Shown in pieces: positions 25,275-36,472 of a stretch of 64,000 nt of DNA. Position 1 is the stretch's first letter; every line of letters begins with the position of its first letter. This DNA comes from Cyanobacteria bacterium LVE1205-1 (GTDB taxonomy: Bacteria; Cyanobacteriota; Cyanobacteriia; CAIUCS01), in contig CP089922.1 of the NCBI GenBank assembly GCA_041879355.1, positions 864,498-928,497 of the forward strand, in the 5' to 3' direction. Made by a program: the position numbers and the translations under genes. The notes below the pieces were generated by a model. It was not told the DNA's origin, ran no database searches, and saw nothing but the letters and a program-made list of their open reading frames with translations.

Positions 25275-25400
25275 CTTAGATATTCTGAGTGTAAACTATG
25301 TCAATAGCGACAAGTAAAATTCCTATGGTATTCTGCGCTGTTACTAGACAGACGAGGAAATCCAGATTTCACGGAGTGTCATGCACCCCATCTCTCAGAT

Positions 25401-26474
25401 CTAAACCAGTTCAATTTGAGAGTCATCACCAATTAGGAACTGGGAAGCCTTTGGACGTCGCGGATTTGTCCTCAAGTGGGCACGTTGACCAATCACACTG
25501 TCCACAATCCGATGGTGGATACCTTCAATGCATGCTGACTGAAGTACGACGCTGTGGTCAATTTCTGTATCTAACAATCGTACTCCGTCTGAAATACTAC
25601 TATAGGAACCAATAAAAGAATTTTCAATGTGACAGTCACGACCAATGATAACGGGACCCCGAATGACTGAATGAATGATGGTTGTACCCTGCCCAACTTG
25701 GACTCGACCCTTAATTTGGCTATGGATGGCTTCAATTTCAGTTGAAGGCGGTTGGAAACAAGTATCCAGTAACAGTCGATTGGCTTCTAATAAATCATCT
25801 TTTTTACCCGTATCTAACCACCAACCCGCAAGTTGACTAGCTTTAACGGTTTTACCATCGTCAATTAACTGCTGGATAGCATCTGTGATCTCCAACTCTC
25901 CCCGTGAAGATGGCTTGATTTTTGCGATCGCCCCATGGATTGTGGGAGAAAAAAGATAAATTCCCACTAATGCCAAATTAGAGGGTGGTATTTGAGGTTT
26001 TTCAATCAGTTGTATCACCTGTCCATCGGCAGCCAGTTTAGCTACTCCGAAGGATTGGGGATTTACAACTGGTTTTAGCAAAATAGATGCATCCAGAGCA
26101 TTCTGCTGAAATTCATGAATAAAACTATTTAAGTTATCTTGAATTAAGTTATCGCCCAAGTACATAATGAATGCATCATCCTGAAGAAATGGACGGGCAA
26201 CCTGAACCGCATGAGCTAAACCGCTAGGTTTATCTTGTAATATATACGTGATACGGGCTCCAAATTGATCCCCTAAACCAGTACGTTGTCTTACTTCAGC
26301 ACCCGTTTCTGGGCTAATAACAATACCAATCTGGTCAATACCGGCAGAAACAAGGTTTTCTATCCCAAACCAGAGAATGGGTTTGTTCATGACAGGAACT
26401 AATTGTTTCGCTCCTGTGTAAGTAATGGGACGGAGACGGGTTCCTTTGCCACCAGATAAAATCAGTGCTTTCAT
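25401..26474 (-). CDS. rfbA: Glucose-1-phosphate thymidylyltransferase (long form with a C-terminal left-handed beta-helix)
   Basis: MKALILSGGKGTRLRPITYTGAKQLVPV, a nucleotidyltransferase motif. Confidence 0.85.
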   Translation of the reverse strand: MKALILSGGKGTRLRPITYTGAKQLVPVMNKPILWFGIENLVSAGIDQIGIVISPETGAEVRQRTGLGDQFGARITYILQDKPSGLAHAVQVARPFLQDDAFIMYLGDNLIQDNLNSFIHEFQQNALDASILLKPVVNPQSFGVAKLAADGQVIQLIEKPQIPPSNLALVGIYLFSPTIHGAIAKIKPSSRGELEITDAIQQLIDDGKTVKASQLAGWWLDTGKKDDLLEANRLLLDTCFQPPSTEIEAIHSQIKGRVQVGQGTTIIHSVIRGPVIIGRDCHIENSFIGSYSSISDGVRLLDTEIDHSVVLQSACIEGIHHRIVDSVIGQRAHLRTNPRRPKASQFLIGDDSQIELV

Positions 26475-26495
26475 AAGTCTTTACAGTTAGGTCAC

Positions 26496-27372
26496 AGAGT
26501 AACTAATAATTGATTTAACATCTTTCGCACACTATGGTGCCAGTAAGGTAAGGGACGCTGTAAAAGGTGGCTGAGTTTAGTCGTAGACAGGACTGAATAG
26601 GCAGGACGAGGGGCAGGACGGGGGTAAGAAGCCGTGGGAATCGGAAGGATTTGGGGGGATGATGAAGTAAGCCCATCGATTGTGCTTCATCAAAAATTGT
26701 CATTGCCACATCAAACCAACTAGCCACTCCTGTACTAGTACAATGATAGATTCCGGTTGCTCCTGCGAGTATTAAGGGAATTAGATCATAAATAATAGCA
26801 GCGATATCATAGGACCAAGTGGGACTCCCAATTTGATCCACAACCACCTTGATCAGATCCTGCTCAGTTCCTAATCGAAGCATCGTTTTAATAAAGTTGT
26901 TTGATTGAGGGGCAGTCCCATAGACCCAGGCTGTTCGCACTACAACCGATTGAGGATGGGCTTGTTGCACAGCAACTTCTCCCTGTAATTTTGTTTGTCC
27001 ATAAATACTTAAAGGATTTGTAGGGTCGGTTTCCTCGTAAGGAGTATTTTTAAATCCATTAAATACATAATCAGTGGAGAGATGAATAAAGGCGGCTCCA
27101 CACCCATAGGCGGCTGATGCCAGTTGGGCAGCCGCTAAATGATTAATTTGATGTGCCAATTCATGCTCTGTTTGAGCGCGATCGACGGCGGTATAGGCTG
27201 CTGCATTGATCACAACTGTAGGGCAATACCCCTGAATAACAGGGGTAATTTGTGCCAGTTGGGTCAAGTCAAGCTCGGAACGTGATAGAGAAATGATATC
27301 TCCAAGGGGTGGTAAGACTCGAAGCAAGTCATGCCCAACTTGTCCCCGACTGCCAACAACAACAATTTTCAT
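26496..27372 (-). CDS. rfbD: dTDP-4-dehydrorhamnose reductase, frameshift in a C6 run at about 26660. The real C-terminus ...TASYPRPAPRPAYSVLSTTKLSHLLQRPLPYWHHSVRKMLNQLL is in the +2 frame.
   Basis: MKIVVVGSRGQVGHDL. The ORF tail is nonsense, but the alternate frame restores the conserved RfbD C-terminus. Confidence 0.85.
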
Positions 27373-27920
27373 TAAGGATAGACCTCGATTTCATCAAATT
27401 GCTTTCCTGCCGAGTCTTTATCTGATAAAATCACTTTTAATTTGCCGATTGGCCAGCCTATGCCGGTCCGGTTGTCACTCCAGAACAGGGTTCGTTCATG
27501 GAGAGGGGCGTAATAATCAGTTGTTTTGTAAAGAACTTCAGCCCGGTCAGACAATACTAAAAAACCATGGGCAAATCCTGGTGGAATCCACAATTGTCGT
27601 TTGTTTTCAGCCGTCAGAATTTCCCCTACCCATTGACCAAAGGTAGGGGAAGACTTGCGTAGATCCACTGCTACATCAAAAATTTCACCAATAATGACTC
27701 TTACTAATTTACCTTGAGGCTGATGAATTTGATAATGTAAGCCACGCAACGTTCCCTGTAAAGAAGAGGAATGATTATCTTGAACAAAACTGAAACTTAA
27801 ATTTGCCTTATCTTGAAATATACGTTGATTATAACTTTCCATAAAAAAACCTCGATGATCTCCAAAAATCTGAGGTTCAATAATGAGGACTTCGGGGATA
27901 TGGGTGGGAATAATGTTCAT
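27372..27920 (-). CDS. rfbC: dTDP-4-dehydrorhamnose 3,5-epimerase
   Basis: 182 aa cupin, GKLVRVIIGEIFDVAVDLRKSSPTFGQWVG..L...N...LWIPPGFAHGF. Confidence 0.9.
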   Translation of the reverse strand: MNIIPTHIPEVLIIEPQIFGDHRGFFMESYNQRIFQDKANLSFSFVQDNHSSSLQGTLRGLHYQIHQPQGKLVRVIIGEIFDVAVDLRKSSPTFGQWVGEILTAENKRQLWIPPGFAHGFLVLSDRAEVLYKTTDYYAPLHERTLFWSDNRTGIGWPIGKLKVILSDKDSAGKQFDEIEVYP

Positions 27921-27947
27921 GTTTTGATGAAGTAGTCTTTGAGTAGT

Positions 27948-29231
27948 CTAAGCAGATAGAGCAATGCGAAATCCATAGTAACCACTACGGAAAATTTGAT
28001 AATACCAATCCCGGGATGCAGACCGGGCAAACTTAGCCCCAAAGTGCCAAGAACCACCTCTCACAACCCGCTTTCGGCTATCATCCCCCGTCAACCAGGC
28101 ACTACCATCAGTGGGAGCACCTCGATAGTGAACATGATAGATATCCTCTACCCACTCCCATACATTGCCATGGATATGATATAACCCCCAGGGATTGGGG
28201 TATAGACTATCCACTGCCACTGTCTGGGTACGATACTCTCCCTTTGGAAGGGTACCATAGGGAGAATTACCATTATAGTTTGCCATCTCAGGGGTTACCC
28301 CTCCATGGTAACTAAAGGCTGTATCGGTTCCCGCCCGGGCAGCATATTCCCATTCCGCCTCCGTTGGCAACCGGTAAGCCCTCCCACTAATCCGGTTGAG
28401 TCGTTGGATAAATTCTTGGGCATCATCCCAACTCACCCGCTCTACAGGATGATTTTTCCCAGGGAAACAGGATGGATTAACACCCATAATCCTTTCATAT
28501 TGGGCTTGGGTAATTTGATAACGTCCCATAAAAAATGGTGAAATAGTGACCCAATGCTGGGGTCCTTCATCCATGGTTCGCTGTTCTTCATAATCTGGAG
28601 AACCCATCTGGAATATTCCCCCTGGTATGGCTACCATTTCCAACTTAATCCCATCAATGGGCAAATCTAAGCTGGTTTCAATAAACTTACCTCCTGGAGA
28701 ATCCCTATTGTAGGGGGTAACTTCTCCTTGAAAACTCACTCGGGCGGTGGTAAATTCATAGGGATGGATTTTTGCTGATGGGGGAGTTGGCGGTAAGTCG
28801 TATACGGGAGGTTTATTCCATTCTGAAAGATTAGCATACTTGGCAGTTGTCTCCACAGGTTGGAGATGGGTTCTAATCGAATAAGAGCTGCCTTCTCCCG
28901 GGTTGGATCGATCTAAATCACTCTGACTCCATATACCTAAAACCAAGCCCCAAGTGTCAACTGTCCACAGTGCCAATTCATGGTTTAATTTACGATTCTC
29001 TTTGAATCGATAAATCAAGTCTCCCCTAATGTCGTGCCAATTAGACTGGTTCTGAACTAATTCAGTTGGTATTTTGTCTTCAATAGCAGCGACGATAGCT
29101 GACACTTGTGCCCCAGAATTTCCACATAAGACTTTCATAACCCGGTCACATTTCTGGGGGTCTTGAGCCAAGGAAAAACCAAAACGACGAATTAGGTCAT
29201 GCAAGGTTTGTCGCGGGTCAGCCATAATCAA
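27948..29231 (-). CDS. Formylglycine-generating-enzyme (SUMF1/FGE) domain protein with an unrecognised 190 aa N-terminal domain
   Basis: The C-terminal half has RVSWDDAQEF...YRLPTEAEWEYAARAG...NPWGLYHIHGNVWEWVEDIY...RVVRGGSW. Confidence 0.8.
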   Translation of the reverse strand: MIMADPRQTLHDLIRRFGFSLAQDPQKCDRVMKVLCGNSGAQVSAIVAAIEDKIPTELVQNQSNWHDIRGDLIYRFKENRKLNHELALWTVDTWGLVLGIWSQSDLDRSNPGEGSSYSIRTHLQPVETTAKYANLSEWNKPPVYDLPPTPPSAKIHPYEFTTARVSFQGEVTPYNRDSPGGKFIETSLDLPIDGIKLEMVAIPGGIFQMGSPDYEEQRTMDEGPQHWVTISPFFMGRYQITQAQYERIMGVNPSCFPGKNHPVERVSWDDAQEFIQRLNRISGRAYRLPTEAEWEYAARAGTDTAFSYHGGVTPEMANYNGNSPYGTLPKGEYRTQTVAVDSLYPNPWGLYHIHGNVWEWVEDIYHVHYRGAPTDGSAWLTGDDSRKRVVRGGSWHFGAKFARSASRDWYYQIFRSGYYGFRIALSA

Positions 29232-29300
29232 AGAAAAACGAATGAACTATCTTTGGTTTACCGAAAATCTTAACTCTGACGATTTGGCTCTGGTGGATTC

Positions 29301-30369
29301 TTAACGTAATGCAGCCACTGAAATGAATGCCGCTACTTGTTGAGCAATAGCCTGTAATGACTGAGCAGAGGCAGACTCAGGAGCAGAAAGCACAATTGGA
29401 ATTCCCATATCTCCACCTTCCCGTAACGGGATTTCCAGAGGAACACAGCCAAGTAACGGTACGCCTAATTCTTGGGATGTCTTTAGCCCCCCTCCAGACC
29501 CAAAAATATCATATTGGCGATCGGGTTGATCAGGAGGGATAAAATAACTCATATTTTCTACAATCCCCAAGACAGGAACCCCCAATTGTTGGAACATTTT
29601 TAACCCTTTCCGGGCATCTAGAAGGGCAACAGTTTGGGGAGTGGTGACAATAATCACTCCAGCCATTGGCACCGATTGTGCCATGGTCAATTGGGCATCT
29701 CCGGTTCCGGGGGCATATCTACAACTAAATAATCCAACTCCCCCCAATCGACTTGATAAAGGAATTGACGGATCACCCCGTTTAACATTGGACCCCGCCA
29801 CATTACCGGTTGATCCCGATCAATGAGGAAACCCATAGATACCAGATGCACGCCATGATTAAAAGCAGGTTCCAGAATATCCCCTTCTATCCCAGGACGA
29901 ACGGTAATTTCTGAACCAGAAACCCCCAGCATAGTAGGTACGTTTGGACCATAAATATCGGCATCTACCATGCCAACTTTAGCACCTACCTGAGCCAAAG
30001 CAACCGCAATATTGACAGCAATGGTACTTTTGCCCACCCCCCTTTGCCACTGGATACCGCTATAATGTTCTTAACTCCTTTGATTCCCTGACGGTTGGGT
30101 AGGGGTTTTTGCTGGGGAATTTCAGCAGTAACATGTATATCCACCCCTTCCACTCCGGCTAAGTTTTGAACGGCTCGACGACAGTCATCCACAATGAACT
30201 CTCGTAAAGGGCATGCCGGGGTGGTTAATACTAGGGTGAACTGAACCTGACCACCGTTAATGTCAATATCACGGATCATGTTCAGTTCGACTAAACTTTT
30301 TTGAAGTTCTGGGTCTTGGACTGGACGAAGACTTTCGAGAACAGCGGCTTTATCAAGGGTGGCAGACAT
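29301..30369 (-). CDS. apbC: Fe-S cluster carrier ATPase Mrp/ApbC with an N-terminal DUF59 domain, split by two homopolymer indels
   Basis: DUF59 (...IRDIDINGGQVQFTLVLTTPACPL), Walker A VSSGKGG(V)GKST, and the C-terminus ...ENMSYF.... Confidence 0.85.
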
Positions 30370-30381
30370 TGTTTAGTTTGA

Positions 30382-30921
30382 CTAGGTGTAATGACTATCA
30401 ATGGATTCAAGTAACCGGAGACTTGAGGGCATCAGACAGGGATCCCCAGTTAAATGAACGATCGCCCCCATTTCAACTGTCACCTTTACCCTGGGCTCAA
30501 TGGATGGTAAAAGCACCAAATAATCTAGCTCTTGGCGAGACAAGACATAACCTTCTAGAATCCAGAGGACTAAACCTTTTGATTGGGGCGGTAAGGTTGC
30601 CAGACGATAGGTAAGGATGGGCGGAATGTAGTACACATCCCCCACTGCAGCACCATTACCAATATCTTTTTTCCCTAAATGGGGAGGGCGAACCCCATGA
30701 ACCCCAGTGAGATAAGCAGATAAATCCCCAAGCCCCCGGGCAGTAATGCTATATGTAGTATAACCTGCAATCTGTAATCGACGGTTATAGCGTCCCTCAT
30801 ATCCTCCTTCCAAGGGAACATATAGGGCTAAAGTACCTGCTTTTTCCAAATCACGTACAAATTGTTTTCCGATTTCAAGCAACGCCATGGTGAGTAATCC
30901 TAAAAAGTAGTCAGATACCAC
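30382..30921 (-). CDS. Conserved hypothetical protein
   Basis: A 179 aa ORF with clean codon structure. No family is recognised. Confidence 0.4.
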   Translation of the reverse strand: MVSDYFLGLLTMALLEIGKQFVRDLEKAGTLALYVPLEGGYEGRYNRRLQIAGYTTYSITARGLGDLSAYLTGVHGVRPPHLGKKDIGNGAAVGDVYYIPPILTYRLATLPPQSKGLVLWILEGYVLSRQELDYLVLLPSIEPRVKVTVEMGAIVHLTGDPCLMPSSLRLLESIDSHYT

Positions 30922-31356
30922 AACAGGGTAGAACTGGGATTTAATTCATAATGAAGAATACTCCATTCACACCCTCCTTAGCCGAAAGGGGCGGGGACTC
31001 CTAGGGTGACCGCTCTAAGTATACTATTGGCGGGTAGTCGGACATTGCCAACTGCGCCAGATTGGGGGTTTACGTTGGCTCACACGTCGGACTGCCCATC
31101 CACTGATTCAAGTTTACCAATCTTGTGACCTAAAGGACAACAGGACTTGACTGCTGTTATTACTATAGGTTAATTAAATAACCCTTTAATCATACTCTAT
31201 CCATGTGTCGCCCATAAAAAAATGTCAGACTTAATAAAACCTCGTCCTTCCGTGATACTGGTAAAAATAACCTAATCCCAGTATATTAGGTGGTGGGCAA
31301 TCCCACTTGTAATTAAATCCTTCACAAGGGATCTGATTGTAATCTTGAAATAATCT

Positions 31357-31743
31357 TTATCCGTTCCAGCGCTGAAGAACCAGACGAATTGAACCATCTT
31401 GATTTTGGTGCTGTTCAGTCATCTGAAAGCCCTGATGACTACTGGTTGCTAATACCGTATGATAAGCATAACGCTGACTGACTAAACTTAAAAATCGGTC
31501 AACTGACCAAGCTTGCTGCCAGAACTGTAAATCTGTTACCACTTCATATTCCTCACCATTCCAACTAAAGCCAATATCGTAACCATTATCCTGTTGGATG
31601 ATCAACTGGGCAACGCGGGTTTGGTTTTGGTATCCTCGCACTTCAGAGGAACCAGATTTCCAGTTAACTCCCAAGTCTGACAAAGCACATTGGAGGAAGT
31701 CAAGGTGACGGATTTGGGTCTTAATATGGCTAAAATGTGACAT
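31357..31743 (-). CDS. ycf35: Ycf35 (DUF1257) protein
   Basis: MSHFSHIKTQI..L..L..AL.DLG..W.....VRGYQ.Q...A.L.I.Q.NGYDIGF......YE.V.DL..W......D.FL..V.QRYAYH.VL....QGF...E......GSIRLVLQRW. Confidence 0.75.
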   Translation of the reverse strand: MSHFSHIKTQIRHLDFLQCALSDLGVNWKSGSSEVRGYQNQTRVAQLIIQQDNGYDIGFSWNGEEYEVVTDLQFWQQAWSVDRFLSLVSQRYAYHTVLATSSHQGFQMTEQHQNQDGSIRLVLQRWNG

Positions 31744-31916
31744 AAAATTTAGTATCAGTAAATTAAATTAAGTGATGAAAATACATAGAGCTAAAGAAAA
31801 CTGCTAATTCCTAGACCACTGCACTCAGGAATACACTATGGGCAAACGTTTTACAATCCAGTCAATCATCCTAATCTGTAACTTAGGGTTACAAGACGAT
31901 TTGAACGATTCACGCT

Positions 31917-32132
31917 TTAAGTCCATGATTCGTATACTCCAATCAGACCTTCGGTTGTAACGTTTGAATGGGAAGATTGATAAAAATAATCGGCAGAACT
32001 ACTACGATGGATTAAATGACCGAGTTGAGATTCAATTTCAGCAGTTAAATCTGTGCAAGCACTGCCTGATACTCCGATAACTTTTTCCACCACCCGTCCA
32101 TCCGGGTAGATGATGAATTCTAAAGTTTCCAT
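31917..32132 (-). CDS. DUF2997-like small protein (usual neighbour of ycf35)
   Basis: 71 aa, METLEFIIYPDGRVVEKV.G..G..C..LT..IE..LG. Confidence 0.55.
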   Translation of the reverse strand: METLEFIIYPDGRVVEKVIGVSGSACTDLTAEIESQLGHLIHRSSSADYFYQSSHSNVTTEGLIGVYESWT

Positions 32133-32628
32133 TAACGTGTTGTCTCCGGAAAAGAGTGACTTATATAGAATTGGGAATCGCTGATAGTATCAGGGCTCCC
32201 CATCTAAACCTTGTAGATAACGATCAACGTTGACTAACTTAACGTGTAAACGTGAAGCACCTTAAAAGTGGAATCGTGGTTTTTCCTTAGAGGAAAAACG
32301 CAATCCCACACAGGATTTACCAGATCAAAGTTATAAATCGCACACAAATGTATGCAATCTTTACAAATTTTATTTTATTTTAGAGCATTTACTCCCTAAT
32401 TCAACGGTTCTTCTTGACTTTTTGTTTGTCGGATAGATAAATTGTTTTTATACTTTTCTTGCTACTATTCCCTTTTAGGAACTCTATAAAACAAAAATCC
32501 TATTTTCTCAATTAATCAAACTATCCCTGATTAAGAATTACTGCTTTAATGGGAGGGAATTAAAATGGGGTATAAAGTCCATCTCACAATTTCAATCAAG
32601 TTTGAGAGATTCGTTCAATTCCTTATGA

Positions 32629-34394
32629 TTGTGGTTTCCTGTGCCTCTGAATTTTAGTAATGTCAATTTTCTATGGGCTTCCATCCTGGTGGAAACCTTA
32701 TATCAATTAGGGTTGAAAATTGCGCTGGTGTGTCCTGGTTCCCGTTCAGCCCCCCTTGCCGTTGAATTTGCTCAACATCCACAGATTGAATCAATCCCCA
32801 TCCTCGATGAACGTTCGGCTGCTTTTTTTGCTCTAGGTTTAGCCCAACGTAGCCAAAATCCTGTTGTTGTTGTTTGTACATCAGGAACAGCAGGGGCAAA
32901 TTTTTTTCCCGCAGTCATTGAAGCAAAGGAATGTAAAATACCATTACTTGTACTGACAGCTGATCGTCCGCCTGAGTCGCGCCATTGCCACGGGGGACAG
33001 ACCATTGACCAGTTGAAGTTATTTGGTACTTATCCTAACTGGCAACTGGAAATCGCTCTGCCTTCATTACAAATAGAACGCCTGACTTATTTACGACAAA
33101 CCCTGATTGTGGCATGGGAGCGAAGTCAATTCCCTGTAGCAGGACCCGTTCATCTGAATCTTCCCTTTGCCGATCCCCTGGCACCCCTGCTTGAGCCCAA
33201 TACTCAGGCATTATTCCCCATTCTCCGTCCAGACTCTTTTTTCCGAAGAGTTGGATCCAATTTATCCTATCGTCAGATAATTAATGAACCATTTGACTAC
33301 TCCTTCCCTCCTAACGGTTTGATTATTGCAGGGCTTGCCCAGCCGCCCAACCCCGAATCTTACAGTAGGGCGATCGCCCAATTATCCCAACTACTTCAGT
33401 TTCCGGTGCTAGCAGAAGCCCTCAGTCCAATTCGCAACTATGCCAGTCTAAATCCCAACTTAATTTCCACCTATGACCTGATTCTGAGACATTCTGAATG
33501 GGCAGACCAATTGAAACCACAAGTGGTCATCCAGATAGGGGCGTTATCCACTAGCAAGGAGTTACGCCATTGGCTAGAACCCCAACAAGTTGATGGATGG
33601 ATCATCAATCCCAGCGATCGCAATCTAAATCCGCTCCATGGTTGTACCACCCATTTAAGGGTATCAATTGAAGAATTCTTGCAAATCCTTACCAATCAAT
33701 CTCCCTATCCTCAAAACCAATCCCACTCCTATCTTCAGCAATGGAAAGAATTAGAAATCCATGTGCGTACCCATCTTGACCGTACTTTGACAGAATTAAC
33801 AGATGGATTTGAGGGTAAGATTGCCTGGATATTATCCCAACACTTACCTGCCCACACTCCCCTATTTGTAGCTAACAGCATGCCGTCCAGGGATATGGAA
33901 TGGTTCTGGGCTCCTTCGGATCGGGCTATTCAACCTTACTTTAACCGGGGGGAGGCAATGGCATTGATGGCATTTTATCCACAGCTCTTGGAGTGGCTCA
34001 TCGCAATCGTCCAACTGTTTTACTGACGGGGGATTTATCCCTCCTCCATGATGCCAATGGGTTATTGTTGTTTCCCCAATTCGTAGGACACCTAACGATT
34101 CTATTAATTAATAATCGGGGCGGTGGCATTTTTGAATTATTACCCATCAGCCAGTTTGACCCTCCCTTTGAAAACTTTTTTAGTACCCCCCAAGCCGTTG
34201 AATTTAATGCCTTAGCCACTGCTTATGGCATTGAGTATGAACTGATCCACAACTGGCAACAACTTCAACAAAAAATTCAACAACTACCCCAAACTGGTAT
34301 CCGATTATTAGAATTCCGTTGTGACCGTAAAGCTGATGCCCAATGGCGTAAGCTTCATTTGGGTGAAAAAATTCAATCCGATGGAAAAAATTGA
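32629..34394 (+). CDS. menD: SEPHCHC synthase (menaquinone/phylloquinone pathway), frameshift in a G7 run at about 33947-33953
   Basis: ThDP-enzyme motifs ([30 protein letters not shown]...[11 protein letters not shown]). After the shift the frame reads [37 protein letters not shown]. Confidence 0.85.
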
Positions 34395-34477
34395 ATGGCG
34401 GGGCGATCGCTTAAAAGAAAGCACCCTCCTTCCATCAGATGGCATAAAATTAAATTAATTGAACTCAACGGAATTTC

Positions 34478-36421
34478 ATGACTTCATCAGAGCAACTTAA
34501 ACCATCAGTTCCGAATCTCTTATCTGTCACCCCATCAGCGGCAAAACTTTCGTTGTTCAGAAATTTAATGGGAGAGGTAGGACTGGATGCATACTGGATT
34601 CCATCGACAGATGAACACTTGAATGAATATCTACCCCTTGCTCGGGAACGTCGAGCTTGGTTGACGGACTTTCATGGTTCAGCGGGGGAGTTACTCATCA
34701 GCCAAGAACAATGTTGGTTATTTGTTGATTCCCGTTACCATGAACAAGCGGAACGGGATGTGGATCAGTCCTTATTTCAAGTGGTAAAACTGGGTTTGCC
34801 TGGTCATAAAACTCCAATCGCTACATTGACGGAATTGGGAGACGGGGCAATGGCTCAACACCGTCCTTTTTGTCTAGGGTTTGACCCCTTTACCCTGACC
34901 GTAGGGCAATGGCGAAAATTTAAGGAAGAGTTGGGGTGGGTAGGAATTGACCTAGTTCCCACACCTCAAAACCTAGTGGATGAACTACGTTTGCACAGTC
35001 CTTATGCAGAAACAGATCCCATCCTTCCTGTTGGCACCTCCCCCCTCATCACTCTGCCCACCAGCATCACAGGGTTAACCATCGGTGAAAAATTGGATCG
35101 GGTTCGTGAAATGTTACGTCACCATCGAACTGACGTGCTACCCATTACTAAACTAGATCATGTTGCTTGGCTATTTAACCTACGGGGACAAGACATTCCC
35201 TATAACCCGGTTTTTTGGGCCTATGGGGTGGTGACGATGGAAAATGCTTACTTATTCACCAACCTAGAACGGATAGATGGGGAGGTAAAACAAGGGTTAA
35301 CCCCTACTGTTACCCTCTATCCCTATGAAGATTATCAATCCAAATTATCAGCATTAGTCCATTCCCATAATGGTTCGTCGTGTTCACGAGTCCTGTTGGA
35401 TATCCATCGAACAACCATGGGAACCTATGAATTACTGATGAATGCCCATGGGAAACTAGTGGAAGTTGATAGTCCGGTGGAAATCCTAAAAGCTCAGAAA
35501 AGCGCGGTGGAACTGGAGAGAATGGCTTGGGCTAATCTGAAGGCTAGTCGGGCTAAAACCCTTACTCTAAAATGGTTGGAGGCTACCATCACCCATCAGA
35601 TTCCAGTTACAGAAGTTGATGTAGCCCGACAAATAGAGAAGTTATATGGAGAAGTAGAAGGATTTCAAGGTTTGAGTTTTAATACCATTGCAGGTGCCGG
35701 TACAAATAGTTCCATCGTGCACTATGGCACCCCTAACCCCAATCAATTCTTAGAACCTAGTCAATTCCTACTGCTAGATTCTGGTGCCCAATACTGGGGC
35801 GGAACGACAGATGATACCCGTACCATCATTGTGGGTGACCCAACCCCTGAACAGCGCCATCGCTACACATCTGTCCTAAAAGCCCATATTAATTGTGCCA
35901 TGCAACACTTTCCCCAAGGAACTACGGGGCATCAACTAGATGGGATTGCCCGTTGGTCTTTGTGGCAATCCCATTTAGAATATGGACATGGCACTGGGCA
36001 TGGGGTGGGTGCATTTTTGAATGTCCATGAAGGTCCTAATGGAATTAGTAAACGTTCCAATGGGGAACTAAAACCCGGCATGGTTACTTCCATTGAGCCT
36101 GGTTACTACCAACCGGGATGGGGAGGGATCCGCCTAGAAAACCTATATGTGGTGGTGGATCAAACCTCCAACTACCAACCCACCGTTCATGGGGAAGGGG
36201 TCAACGACACAGAACCACACTGGTATGGGTTTGCACCGTTGACCTACATTCCCTTTGACAACCATCTCATTGACTTTGACCAGTTAGATCATCACCAATT
36301 AGAATGGTTAAACGCTTATTATCAATCCGTGATTGAACAACTTACACCAGAATTGACCCCGGAAGAATTAGGATGGTTACGCCAAACCTGCCAAAATGGA
36401 ATGCCGGTTACGTCCTCCTAA
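34478..36421 (+). CDS. M24B aminopeptidase P family metallopeptidase (creatinase-N plus pita-bread domain)
   Basis: HYGTPNP...LLLDSGAQYW.GTTDDTRT, HGTGHGVG and SIEPGYY are metal-ligand motifs. Confidence 0.8.
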   Translation: MTSSEQLKPSVPNLLSVTPSAAKLSLFRNLMGEVGLDAYWIPSTDEHLNEYLPLARERRAWLTDFHGSAGELLISQEQCWLFVDSRYHEQAERDVDQSLFQVVKLGLPGHKTPIATLTELGDGAMAQHRPFCLGFDPFTLTVGQWRKFKEELGWVGIDLVPTPQNLVDELRLHSPYAETDPILPVGTSPLITLPTSITGLTIGEKLDRVREMLRHHRTDVLPITKLDHVAWLFNLRGQDIPYNPVFWAYGVVTMENAYLFTNLERIDGEVKQGLTPTVTLYPYEDYQSKLSALVHSHNGSSCSRVLLDIHRTTMGTYELLMNAHGKLVEVDSPVEILKAQKSAVELERMAWANLKASRAKTLTLKWLEATITHQIPVTEVDVARQIEKLYGEVEGFQGLSFNTIAGAGTNSSIVHYGTPNPNQFLEPSQFLLLDSGAQYWGGTTDDTRTIIVGDPTPEQRHRYTSVLKAHINCAMQHFPQGTTGHQLDGIARWSLWQSHLEYGHGTGHGVGAFLNVHEGPNGISKRSNGELKPGMVTSIEPGYYQPGWGGIRLENLYVVVDQTSNYQPTVHGEGVNDTEPHWYGFAPLTYIPFDNHLIDFDQLDHHQLEWLNAYYQSVIEQLTPELTPEELGWLRQTCQNGMPVTSS

Positions 36422-36472
36422 AATTAACCTGGGAAGGAATGAAGGATAAAAATTTATGGCACTTAGGGGGAA

